Below, one piece after another: positions 1 through 8,994 of a stretch of 47,811 nucleotides of DNA; positions within the stretch are counted from its first letter, which is position 1, and every line of letters starts with the position of its first letter. The notes under the pieces were generated by a model that worked only from the letters and a program-made list of their open reading frames with translations, did not search any database and was not told the origin of the DNA. Location: the NCBI GenBank assembly GCA_964541215.1, contig CAZIPP010000001.1, forward strand, positions 1,451 to 49,261, written 5' to 3'. The translations under genes were made by a program, and so were the position numbers. This DNA is from an uncultured Oscillospiraceae bacterium. Its GTDB lineage: Bacteria; Bacillota; Clostridia; Oscillospirales; Oscillospiraceae.

Positions 1-1045
1 TCATCAGAACGCCGGAGCAGCCTATGAGAGAGCTGGAAAGTGTTCCATTTTTCTGGGTGCAGTAAACTATGCTGCCGGCAGCGTTGGAAACGATCTCGAT
101 GCTGTTGCCGGGCGTCATGCCGCTGAAATTTCCACTAGGAGCACCCATAGTATCCATGCCGCTGGAAGTGTTGGAACCGCTCAAAATAATATCGGAGGAC
201 GAAGATGAGGTTCCGGCAGATGACGCGGTATCCGTAGAAGCAGACGAAGACATGCTGCTTTGAGCGGAGGAAGTGTTACCGGCGTTCAGGTCTGTAGTGC
301 TGGAGGTAGCGCCTGTCAAGGTGGCGGCAGAAGCAGCAGACGAGGTGCCGGATGTCATGGAGCCGATAACATAGAACTTGGCACAGCCGGCAGTACCGTC
401 GGTGGAAGTGCAGTTGTTATCAAGCAGGATAGCTGTGGCCGTAGAGCTTTCAGACAGACCGGAATAGAAAGAGCTTCCGTCCTTTTTCTCGGTAGTAAGC
501 ATCTGCAGCAGCAGAATGGCAGCATCACCACGGGATACGGGAGATTCATCAGCCAGACCAAGACCGCAATCAAGACCTATCTGAGAAGCAAAACGGGTAT
601 AGTCATCAGGCCAGAAGCTTCCGATATCAGATGTGGAATATCCAAGTATTCTGAGCATCATGGTAACAGCCTGAGCATAGTTAACGGTATCTTCGGGACC
701 GAATTTGCCGTTGCCATAGCCGTTAATTATGCCCTGAGTGCTGGCAAGATTGACGTAGCCTGCAGCCCAGTGGGTGCTGGTAACATCGCTGTAAAGGGTC
801 TTATACTGATATGTGTCCACAACAGACGCACTGCCGGTAGCAACAACAGCCAGCTTACAAAACTGTGCTCTTGTAAGGTACTCGCCGGGACGGAAGGTTC
901 CATCAGGAAAACCGTCAACGATATCAAGACCGGAAAGTATCTCGACTGCACTTTCAGTTCGTGTGTCGTAGATGTCGCTGTAGGCAGCTGCCGGAATGGT
1001 GAGAACCAGCGCCAGCAGGAGCAGCAGACAGGTAAGTCTTTTCAT
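1..1045 (-). CDS. SLH-domain cell-surface protein, partial (C-terminus runs off the left window edge)
   Basis: Absent from the ORF track because the frame is open to position 2. My reverse-strand translation from ATG 1045..1043 gives MKRLTCLLLLLALVLTIPAAAYSDIYD..., a signal peptide. SD AGGAAAGGAA lies 8 nt upstream. Three SLH-like repeats follow (YSDI..DGTFRPGEYLTRAQFCKL; YSDVTSTHWAAGYV..NGYGNGKFGPEDTVNYAQAV; FWPDDY..VSRGDAAILLLQML), then a Ser/Thr/Ala-rich low-complexity region. No stops in this frame. Confidence 0.8.
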   Translation of the reverse strand, partial: MKRLTCLLLLLALVLTIPAAAYSDIYDTRTESAVEILSGLDIVDGFPDGTFRPGEYLTRAQFCKLAVVATGSASVVDTYQYKTLYSDVTSTHWAAGYVNLASTQGIINGYGNGKFGPEDTVNYAQAVTMMLRILGYSTSDIGSFWPDDYTRFASQIGLDCGLGLADESPVSRGDAAILLLQMLTTEKKDGSSFYSGLSESSTATAILLDNNCTSTDGTAGCAKFYVIGSMTSGTSSAASAATLTGATSSTTDLNAGNTSSAQSSMSSSASTDTASSAGTSSSSSDIILSGSNTSSGMDTMGAPSGNFSGMTPGNSIEIVSNAAGSIVYCTQKNGTLSSSLIGCSGVLM

Positions 1046-1113
1046 AAGCTATATTCCTTTCCTGAAAAGATAAGAACGATATCAAAAAACACTGTGATCG
1101 GTGAATATTGGTA

Positions 1114-2295
1114 TCAATCACTTCTAAGAGCGTCAACAGGCTGCAAACCGGAAGCCTTGACCGCCGGATAGAGTCCGAAACAAACGCCGATAACAACTGA
1201 GAACAGCGCCGCGCCGACCGTTACAAGTGCGTTGGGCACAAGCAGCAGATCGTAAATAGCCTTACTGAGCACCAACGAGACCACATATCCGATGATGATA
1301 CCAATAAGACCGCCGGTTGCCGAAAGCACGCTTGCTTCAACAAGGAACTGGCTGATTATAACATTTCGCTGAGCGCCAATGGCCTTTTTAATGCCTATCT
1401 CGCGAGTACGTTCAGTAACAGTTACCAGCATGATATTCATAATACCGATGCCGCCAACCAGCAAAGCTATACCGGCAACGCCGCCAAGAACAAGGCTGAG
1501 AGATGCGGTTTCATCTTCACTGGCAGTAAGAGCTTCGTTGCCATCGGTAATGGTATAGGAAGCCGTGTTTGTGTTCAGATTCTCTCCGAGCCAGTCTTCC
1601 AAAGCAGCCATAACGCCATCCATCTGTTCACTGGTATCAACTTTTACAACGAAATCAGTGACAGTATCGGTGTTCATAATAACGCGGTTCATGGTGTACG
1701 GTATGAGTATCATATCATCCATAGAACCTTCGGTCGTGCCGTCCTTCTGATAGAATACGCCAACTACCACATAGGGATCACTGTTGAAGGTAATGGTCTC
1801 CCCTACCGGGTTGATGTATCCAAACAGGCTCTCAGCAACATAGGAACCGATAACGCAGACTCGTTCACGTTTGTCAAGATCCAGGGTCAGGATATCACGT
1901 CCCCTGTTAAGGGTGAAGTTATTACACGCAGACCACTGTTCATTGCCAAGATGTATCTCGGCAGTAGTATTGCTGTTGCCCATGTATTTCAGGGTGCCGG
2001 AAGTTTCAATGTCGGGAGTGACACCGACAGTCTGATCAGAAAGCTTATCTGTAACATACTGCATGAATTCATCCGTAACATCTATCGTATTTGTACGGTC
2101 ATAGTACGTCACTTCAACGCCAACTTTGTTGACGCCCAGCTTTTCATAATAAGCCATAATGTCGGCATTGTAGCCCTGAACAACGGTAACCAGTATCAAA
2201 ACCGCGCCAACACCGATGATTATGCCGAGCATGGTCAGAAAGGAACGACCCTTCTTATCCATTATGGCTTCAAGAGCCATTTTTATCGAACCCAT
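1114..2295 (-). CDS. ABC transporter permease, MacB/FtsX family
   Basis: Tracked ORF 1114..2310. It has an N-terminal TM (FLTMLGIIIGVGAVLILV), a large extracytoplasmic domain and a C-terminal FtsX-type 3-TM bundle. I prefer ATG 2295 (MGSIKMALEA) because GAGGTG lies 5 nt upstream. It overlaps the ATPase stop. Confidence 0.9.
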   Translation of the reverse strand: MGSIKMALEAIMDKKGRSFLTMLGIIIGVGAVLILVTVVQGYNADIMAYYEKLGVNKVGVEVTYYDRTNTIDVTDEFMQYVTDKLSDQTVGVTPDIETSGTLKYMGNSNTTAEIHLGNEQWSACNNFTLNRGRDILTLDLDKRERVCVIGSYVAESLFGYINPVGETITFNSDPYVVVGVFYQKDGTTEGSMDDMILIPYTMNRVIMNTDTVTDFVVKVDTSEQMDGVMAALEDWLGENLNTNTASYTITDGNEALTASEDETASLSLVLGGVAGIALLVGGIGIMNIMLVTVTERTREIGIKKAIGAQRNVIISQFLVEASVLSATGGLIGIIIGYVVSLVLSKAIYDLLLVPNALVTVGAALFSVVIGVCFGLYPAVKASGLQPVDALRSD

Positions 2296-2981
2296 TCGGA
2301 CACCTCGCAATCCTGAGTGATAAGCCCGTCCTGAAGCCGCACTACCCTTTTTGCTTTGGCAGCGATGCCATTGTCGTGGGTAATAAGGATAACGGTGGTG
2401 CCCTGAGCATTCAGGTCTTTAAGTATATTCAGAACCTGTTCACCGGTCTTTGAGTCGAGCGCGCCGGTAGGTTCGTCTGCCATGATTATAGGCGATTTGG
2501 TTGCCACAGCACGAGCAATAGCCACACGCTGCTGCTGACCGCCGGAAAGCTGGTTGGGACGATTGTCTGCCTTTGAAGCTATATCCATAGATTCCAAAGC
2601 TTCCATTGCCCTTGCATAACGTTCCTTTTCTCTAACGCCCTGATAGCTCATTGGCAGAGCAACGTTTTGCCACACGTTCAGTGATGGGATAAGGTTATAT
2701 CCCTGGAATATAAATCCTATCTGTCGGCTCCGTATCTCAGCAAGTTCACTTTCAGTGCGCTCCTTGATAGAAATGCCGTCAAGATAATATTCGCCGTAGG
2801 TAGGAACGTCCAGACATCCAAGAATGTTCATCATGGTGGATTTGCCACTGCCGGAAGTGCCAACAATGGCTACAAATTCACCCATATCTACTTTCAAGCT
2901 TACTCCGTTGAGGGCGCGCACCTCATTGGGCTCGCCCTCGGAGTAAATCTTGTAAATATCTTTTATTTCAATAAGTCCCAT
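2283..2981 (-). CDS. ABC transporter ATP-binding protein (MacB/LolD-like)
   Basis: Walker A GTSGSGKST, signature LSGGQQQRVAIARA, Walker B IIMADEPT. SD GGGAGAA lies upstream of ATG 2981. Confidence 0.95.
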   Translation of the reverse strand: MGLIEIKDIYKIYSEGEPNEVRALNGVSLKVDMGEFVAIVGTSGSGKSTMMNILGCLDVPTYGEYYLDGISIKERTESELAEIRSRQIGFIFQGYNLIPSLNVWQNVALPMSYQGVREKERYARAMEALESMDIASKADNRPNQLSGGQQQRVAIARAVATKSPIIMADEPTGALDSKTGEQVLNILKDLNAQGTTVILITHDNGIAAKAKRVVRLQDGLITQDCEVSEWVR

Positions 2982-2996
2982 GGTCAGTTCTCCCGA

Positions 2997-4970
2997 TCAC
3001 GACTGAGGTCCGCCAAAGTTCTGCATACCGCCCTGCTGGCCGCCAGGCATACCGCCCTGCTGCTGACCGGGCATACCGCCCTGCTGCTGACCGAAGTTGC
3101 TGGTAGTGTCATCATCACCAACACTGCTGGAGGTCGTATCGCCGCCAGAGGGAGCAGTCTGCTGATAACGGAGGAATACTTCAGTATCAGCATCAACGCC
3201 GCTCAGAACGCGGATATAATAGCTGTTGGAGCTTCCTACTTCAATGGCTACAGGATAGAAACCGGTGGGGATCTCAACATCTTCATCGGAAAGATCCAAT
3301 ACGTTGGCAGGTGCTTCGTCAGCCTTGACAAACAGATAGTACTGACCGTCATCAGTCATGCGAAGAGCAGAAACATTGACCAGCACACTTTCTTCGGTAT
3401 CACCAACGTTGACGGAATATGTTACGTTGACGCCGGAGGAAAGTTCACCATTGGAGTATATCTCAATGGTTGCGGGGAATGTAGCAACACCGCTGGAAGA
3501 TGTGGCTTCAGGGCTGATGTAAGTGATGACGCCCTGATACTCAGTGGTTCGTTCTGCGCTGGTACGATAAACAGAAACACTCATGCCTTCATACAGGTAA
3601 TCAACATCAAGTTCATCAATATTTACGGAGATAGTCATTGTCTCCATATTGTAGATAGTGATGGGGTTGCCCATGGGACGGTCACCGGATTCGATGTTGA
3701 CATACATTACTTTACCTGCAATGGTAGAGGTCATAAAGTAATTTGCGCGGCTGTCTTCAACGGATTCGATCTCTTCATATGTATCGTCGATCTTTTCCTG
3801 AGTAGACTCGATACGCTCTGTATATGTCTTTATCTGGCTCTCCGCCTGAGATATCTGCTTCTTGGCATTTTCTATCTGCTTTTCAAGATTCTCTATTTGA
3901 TCTTCCATGGCATCGCTGCTGATAACAAACAGAGTCTGACCCTTCTGGACAGCCTGATAGTCGGAAACATAGACAGCAGCCAATTCACCGGAAACATCGG
4001 GTACGAGGTTTTCTTCGCCGGCATATTCGAGGTCACCTTCAATGGCGGGATAAACCTTTACGCCGCCATCTGCAACAAGGTAACAGGCAGCTGTTGAGCC
4101 GGCTACAAGAGAACCGGGGTTTTCCACTTCAACAGTTACTGCAAAGCACTTCATACCGTCGTCAGACATACGCTGAATAAATGTTACGTCAGTAACAACA
4201 GCGTCCAGATTCAGCATCTGATCTGCAATAGACAGTACCGCGGGCATACCAACATATACCATATTCTCATATGCGTAGCTGAAATACTGAGTCAGCTCCA
4301 TCACATCATCATTGGTGATGGTTGCAAGCTGAGTATTGGAAGTAACGTTATCACCCGCTTCAACACTGACGTTGGTCACACGTCCGTTATAGGGCGCAAC
4401 GATGGTAAGACCCGCCATATCGGCATACATCTCACTCATCTCTTCTTCATATTCAGCAATGTTCTCGGTATATTCCTCTATGCTGTCCTGATTTTCGATG
4501 ATCATTTCCTCATATTCGAGGATCTCATCTTCGTAATCTTCGATCGAATCTTTAAGAGATTCTATCTGCTCGTCGATTTCAGAGTCGTCCTGAGTATAAA
4601 GAAGGTCACCGATCTGAACATAGTCGCCTGCAGAAACGAAAACTTCCTCGATCTCAGCCATAGAAGCTGCTTCAACAGTAAGGCTCTCAAGCGGCACAGT
4701 CGTACCGGAACCTTCGATAGCACGGTCGAGAGAACCGTATGTAGTAGAATCTGTAAGCGCGATCTTTTCCTCTTCAGTAAAGAACAGCTTATAAATGCCA
4801 AAAGCGGCGGCGGCAAGAAGAACTAAAACAACTATAAGGACAACTATTTTTTTTGTCTTTTTCTTCTTCTTGACCTTCACCTTTTCGTGTTTGCCTCGCT
4901 TTTTGCCTTCATTTTCAGAAGCCTCGGTCTCAGTGGACACTTTAGTTGCAGTCTTTTCCAAGTCAGGCAT
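2997..4970 (-). CDS. Efflux membrane-fusion (HlyD/MacA/YknX-like periplasmic adaptor) protein
   Basis: Tracked ORF 2997..5012. It has a Lys-rich N-terminus, one TM (IVVLIVVLVLLAAAAFGIY), long acidic coiled-coil segments, beta-barrel-like regions and a Gly/Gln/Met/Pro repeat tail. I prefer ATG 4970 (MPDLEK) because GGAGG lies 7 nt upstream. ATG 5012 sits only 16 nt from a TATAAT box. Family assignment rests on architecture and operon context. Confidence 0.75.
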   Translation of the reverse strand: MPDLEKTATKVSTETEASENEGKKRGKHEKVKVKKKKKTKKIVVLIVVLVLLAAAAFGIYKLFFTEEEKIALTDSTTYGSLDRAIEGSGTTVPLESLTVEAASMAEIEEVFVSAGDYVQIGDLLYTQDDSEIDEQIESLKDSIEDYEDEILEYEEMIIENQDSIEEYTENIAEYEEEMSEMYADMAGLTIVAPYNGRVTNVSVEAGDNVTSNTQLATITNDDVMELTQYFSYAYENMVYVGMPAVLSIADQMLNLDAVVTDVTFIQRMSDDGMKCFAVTVEVENPGSLVAGSTAACYLVADGGVKVYPAIEGDLEYAGEENLVPDVSGELAAVYVSDYQAVQKGQTLFVISSDAMEDQIENLEKQIENAKKQISQAESQIKTYTERIESTQEKIDDTYEEIESVEDSRANYFMTSTIAGKVMYVNIESGDRPMGNPITIYNMETMTISVNIDELDVDYLYEGMSVSVYRTSAERTTEYQGVITYISPEATSSSGVATFPATIEIYSNGELSSGVNVTYSVNVGDTEESVLVNVSALRMTDDGQYYLFVKADEAPANVLDLSDEDVEIPTGFYPVAIEVGSSNSYYIRVLSGVDADTEVFLRYQQTAPSGGDTTSSSVGDDDTTSNFGQQQGGMPGQQQGGMPGGQQGGMQNFGGPQS

Positions 4971-5028
4971 GAGCCTACCTCCATTATCTTGTGGTTTATG
5001 AGAATATGACATACTATATCTTTGGCTT

Positions 5029-5057
5029 ATTATACAACATAATGAAGATTTTTTCAG
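5029..5057 (-). promoter_or_regulatory. Putative sigma-A-type promoter of the efflux operon (cTGAAA-17-TATAAT)
   Basis: On the minus strand, TATAAT is at 5034..5029 and CTGAAA at 5057..5052, with a 17-nt spacer. Confidence 0.4.
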
Positions 5058-5264
5058 GCTAAAATATGATGTAATTGTGTTTTATTTGTGGCACAATTGT
5101 GTCATTTTTGTTTTTTCCTGTAAGTCGTTACTGTTTTGTTACTGTTTTACAATTTATGCCTTTTTTTGTTTATTTTTCCGCATATAATCCCGGTATTTCG
5201 GCACAAAATAAGTTCGGACAGAAGTAACAGTCTAAATCAAATAATCAAGTGCATGGAGGCAATT

Positions 5265-5414
5265 ATGGATAACCGTAACCAGAACAACCGTAATGAAAAC
5301 AGAAACGACAATCGCAATCAGAATAACAACCGCAGCGAAAACAAAAATGAAAGCCGTAACGAGAACCGCAACGAAAACAAAAACGAGAACCGCAGCCAGA
5401 ACAACAACAGATAA
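5265..5414 (+). CDS. Small (49 aa) Asn/Arg/Glu-rich low-complexity protein, function unknown
   Basis: GGAGG at 5255..5259 lies 5 nt before ATG 5265. Translation: MDNRNQNNRNENRNDNRNQNNNRSENKNESRNENRNENKNENRSQNNNR. A stem-loop terminator follows directly. Synonymous codon variety (cgt/cgc/aga, aac/aat) argues for a coding repeat rather than a DNA repeat. The tracked 5136 start is an unsupported extension. Confidence 0.55.
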   Translation: MDNRNQNNRNENRNDNRNQNNNRSENKNESRNENRNENKNENRSQNNNR

Positions 5415-5424
5415 CTATAGCGAA

Positions 5425-5460
5425 AAGCCTGTTGCCATAATAGCAACAGGCTTATTTTTA
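5425..5460. terminator. Bidirectional intrinsic terminator (small ORF on +, addA on -)
   Basis: Stem aagcctgttgc (5425..5435) pairs with gcaacaggctt (5443..5453), with a 7-nt loop. The + side has a T-run and the other side has an A-run (gaaaa). Confidence 0.8.
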
Positions 5461-8400
5461 TAGCTTGACCGCAACCGAAGGTGAGAAAAAATACAGAACC
5501 TTTTCCTTAACATTTTTACCGGTGATCCGTTTGAGCGCATAAGCGTAAATATCAAGCTGTTTTCTGTAACTCTCAGCTCTATCATCAATTTGAGAACCAA
5601 ATACATTGTCAGTCTTGAAATCTATCAAAACAAGCTCTCCATCTTCCTCAAAGCAGCAGTCAACAACGCCCTGAAGCATCAGATCATCTTTACCTGCATT
5701 CTCATAGAACATCTCTGCCGGAGCAAGAATGGAAAACTTGAACTCTCGCAGAAGTTGAGTGGAACGTGATAATCGCTTGCCGAGATCACTGCTAAAAAAG
5801 CTATATATTCGCGAAGGATCTACCTCTTTTACCATTTGCTCTGAAACGATTTGCAAATCTGCCAGACGCTTCATTTCCAAGGCAATAGATGCTTCATCGG
5901 TACAGCTGTCAAAATCAATATACTGCATCACAAGATGCGCCGCAGTACCTTTTTCTGTTGCAGTAAGCTGCTTCTCCCGGGCAAACTGTGGGCGCTTGAA
6001 TGAAACCGTTGTCGTTGAATTGATGCTTCTTCCCTGCTCTGATGCTTCTGAATCAATGAATCTGCCTTTCAGTGCAGACGCTGTCACCTTGGCGGGAACT
6101 CCTGAAACATTCTCGTGTGGATATCTGAACGCAAAACGTTCGGAAAGATCCGTCAGCGATGATTCATCCTGAGTATCTTCTGCTTTATCAATTACTTCTT
6201 CAACCGTACTCAGCTCAGGTCTGACGACCGACACTTTCCAGAAATTCTTATGGTTTTCAACGCCAATATCATATCCGAGCAATTGACGTCCTTCCGGTCT
6301 GCTCATCATAACATACAGCAGCCATTTTGCACAGCTCCCGGCGCCAAGTAGCAGCTGAGGCTCAGCCGGAGCCGCTGCCGATGACATTGCGTTTTTTAGC
6401 TCACGTTCAGCGTTGGCAAAAGAAGCTGTGAGTATAAGCCGTTCCTTAGCTCTGGTCATGGCAACATACAGTACACGAAGCTCTTCCGAAAGGCTTTCAC
6501 GCTTCATCTTCAGCTCACAAGCCCGCCGCATGACAGACGGATATTCTATCATACGGTCCATGTCTCTGATATTGCATCCAACACCAAGCTGACGATGGAT
6601 GAGCATCGGATTTTGAGTATCCTTCAAATTAAATTTTTTGGCAAGATCACACACGAAAACCACCGGATACTCAAGACCTTTTGACTTATGTATGCTTGTT
6701 ATTGTAACTACATTACCTTCAAGCGCTTCACCTGCTCCTATCAGTTTCTCACCTTGTTCCTGAAGCTTATTTAATCTTGAGATAAAACCAAACAGTCCAC
6801 GATAACCGTTATCCTCAAAAGTCTGTGCATACTGGTATATCAGCAGAAGGTTTTTGCGTCGGATCTCTCCCTTATCCATAGCTGCACAGAGCGAGATCAT
6901 ATCCGTTCTGCAGAATATCTCCCAAATCAGTTCGTCAGATGACAGATCATCAGCCATTTGTCTGAGCTGTTCCAGCTCCAAAACAAAACCGCTGCATTTT
7001 TCATCTGTTTCCGCCTTGCGCTTTAGGGCAGAATAGAAATCCGACAAAGTATCTGCGGTACGAATGGACACAAGCTCATCCGCAGTAAATCCAAAAAGAG
7101 GACTTTTCAGAACAGCGATCAGCGGTATATCCTGATGAGGATTATCTATCACCTGCAAAAGTGATACAAGCATTCTTGCCTCTTCCGTATCCAACAGACC
7201 TGAGTTTCCTCCGGAAAACGCAGAAGGTATCCCAAGCTTTTCAAGCTCAGAAATATAAAGTTGACTTCGAAGACCGGGCGCACGCATAAGGATAGCTATA
7301 TCTCTTGGCTCGACCGGACGCATACCGCCTGTTGCTTCATCGGTGACTTTCTCATACTTGAGCATATGAGATATCCTCGATGCAACATGCATGGCTTCAG
7401 CTTCAGAACGCTCAATGTCTTCATCCTCAGCACCCTGCATATCTACCAAATCGAACTCAACCGGTAAATCCTGCTGCGGGTCAAAGGACGCACCGCAGTA
7501 TAGCTTTTCATTATCACCATACTCCATTTCGCCAAATTCCTCAGACATGATGTTTTCAAACACATCATTGACTGCATCCAACACTACTGCTCTTGAGCGA
7601 AAGTTTCGCGAAAGGATTATTCTTCTGCCTTCGCCATCTAAGGCGTTTTCACTGTCAGGAAACCTCTGATACTTATCAAGAAAAATGGTTGGATCAGCAA
7701 GGCGGAACCGATATATGGACTGTTTAACATCGCCTACCATAAAAATGTTTTTTCCGTCTTGACTGACAGCGTTGATTATCGTGTCCTGTATCTCATTTGT
7801 GTCCTGATACTCGTCTACCATTATCTCTCGAAACCGCTTTGAGATACTAACTGCTGTTTCGGTTTTGCTGCCTTCACCATCAGTCAAAAGTTTGAGGCAT
7901 AAATGTTCAAGATCGCCAAAGTCAACAGCGCCGCGACGACGCTTTATGGCACTGTACTGTGAGTCAAGATCTCTGATAACGGAGAACAACCCTTTAACCA
8001 CAGGGAGCTGTTTTTCAATGTCTTTTAAAAGCTCTGCCCGTTCGATATCAAAATAAGACACATACTTGCCCCAGGCAGTTTTGAAACCCTTTCGAGCATC
8101 CTGAAGGCGCTGTTTAAGATCCTCATCCGGATACTTCACCAGTCTTCCCAGTTTGGCAAACACATGTTCTTTATGCAAATACGCCTGATCCCAGCCATCG
8201 ATAAGAGCTGACCGAAAAACTTTCATCGCACTCAAGTCATCCTGAAACGCCGGCAGATAGGCCTTTTCAAGAGCCTCATCGCCCAGCATCCAGCCGGATA
8301 TCATATCTTCATAACGGCGTATCCAGTATTCTATTCCCTTCAGGCACGAATCCAGGATCTCCTGTTCCCACGGCGTAACGACATCTGAACACTCAAGCTG

Positions 8401-8994
8401 AGAGACCATTTTATCCATCCACTTGCTCATATCAGGATGGGTACGGATCTTCTCATAAGCATCGAACACAGTTTCGCATAGTTTTTTATCGTTATATGTG
8501 GCAGACAGTGTTTCTGTAAGCGCCGCAAAATCCGGGTCATTTTCAATATTCGCGTACTTGTTTTCCAAAACCTCATCAAGAGCTTTAGCCATCATTGTCT
8601 GGCTTTCATTATCTTCGATCTGGCGAAAATCCGGAGTTATGTCAACCGTTTGCGCATTCTCCCTGAGGATAGATGAGCAAAAGCCGTGGATGGTCATTAT
8701 TTTTGCAGCGTGTACAAGAGTAAGCTGGCGACGAAGGTGACGATTTGAATTTTGCTCAAGAAGCCTTTTGCGGATCTCATCAGTTATTTTGGCACGAAGC
8801 TCTGCTGCGGCAGCTTTGGTAAATGTAATTATGAGAAAGTCTGTAATAGACGCAGGATCATTTTCGTCAGTCATCATTTCCATTAACCTTTGGACAAGAA
8901 CAAAGGTCTTGCCGGAACCTGCGGCTGCTGAGACAAGAAGGGCGCCGCCTCTGCTATCTATGACCGCCTTTTGCTGTAAAGTCAATTCAGGCAT
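5458..8994 (-). CDS. addA: ATP-dependent helicase/nuclease subunit A (AddA)
   Basis: UvrD-like helicase with Walker A AAAGSGKTFVL and DEYQDT, plus a C-terminal RecB-type nuclease motif (VLIDFKTD). I prefer ATG 8994 (MPELTLQQK) because GGAAGGAG lies 9 nt upstream. The tracked 9258 start lies inside addB. Overlaps the addB stop by 8 nt. Confidence 0.95.
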   Translation of the reverse strand: MPELTLQQKAVIDSRGGALLVSAAAGSGKTFVLVQRLMEMMTDENDPASITDFLIITFTKAAAAELRAKITDEIRKRLLEQNSNRHLRRQLTLVHAAKIMTIHGFCSSILRENAQTVDITPDFRQIEDNESQTMMAKALDEVLENKYANIENDPDFAALTETLSATYNDKKLCETVFDAYEKIRTHPDMSKWMDKMVSQLECSDVVTPWEQEILDSCLKGIEYWIRRYEDMISGWMLGDEALEKAYLPAFQDDLSAMKVFRSALIDGWDQAYLHKEHVFAKLGRLVKYPDEDLKQRLQDARKGFKTAWGKYVSYFDIERAELLKDIEKQLPVVKGLFSVIRDLDSQYSAIKRRRGAVDFGDLEHLCLKLLTDGEGSKTETAVSISKRFREIMVDEYQDTNEIQDTIINAVSQDGKNIFMVGDVKQSIYRFRLADPTIFLDKYQRFPDSENALDGEGRRIILSRNFRSRAVVLDAVNDVFENIMSEEFGEMEYGDNEKLYCGASFDPQQDLPVEFDLVDMQGAEDEDIERSEAEAMHVASRISHMLKYEKVTDEATGGMRPVEPRDIAILMRAPGLRSQLYISELEKLGIPSAFSGGNSGLLDTEEARMLVSLLQVIDNPHQDIPLIAVLKSPLFGFTADELVSIRTADTLSDFYSALKRKAETDEKCSGFVLELEQLRQMADDLSSDELIWEIFCRTDMISLCAAMDKGEIRRKNLLLIYQYAQTFEDNGYRGLFGFISRLNKLQEQGEKLIGAGEALEGNVVTITSIHKSKGLEYPVVFVCDLAKKFNLKDTQNPMLIHRQLGVGCNIRDMDRMIEYPSVMRRACELKMKRESLSEELRVLYVAMTRAKERLILTASFANAERELKNAMSSAAAPAEPQLLLGAGSCAKWLLYVMMSRPEGRQLLGYDIGVENHKNFWKVSVVRPELSTVEEVIDKAEDTQDESSLTDLSERFAFRYPHENVSGVPAKVTASALKGRFIDSEASEQGRSINSTTTVSFKRPQFAREKQLTATEKGTAAHLVMQYIDFDSCTDEASIALEMKRLADLQIVSEQMVKEVDPSRIYSFFSSDLGKRLSRSTQLLREFKFSILAPAEMFYENAGKDDLMLQGVVDCCFEEDGELVLIDFKTDNVFGSQIDDRAESYRKQLDIYAYALKRITGKNVKEKVLYFFSPSVAVKL

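Noticed and set aside
260-1171. 303-aa + strand ORF in the supplied track
   Set aside because: It lies entirely antisense to the SLH-protein gene, which has a signal peptide, an SD and recognisable SLH repeats. Its translation is Gly/Ser/Ala/Arg-rich with no motifs, and it also runs across the permease 3' end. It is a shadow ORF.
5136-5264. N-terminal extension of the small N-rich ORF (tracked 92-aa version)
   Set aside because: The extension is hydrophobic and AT-rich, has no RBS, and would start upstream of the probable -10 (5183..5188). GGAGG directly precedes ATG 5265.
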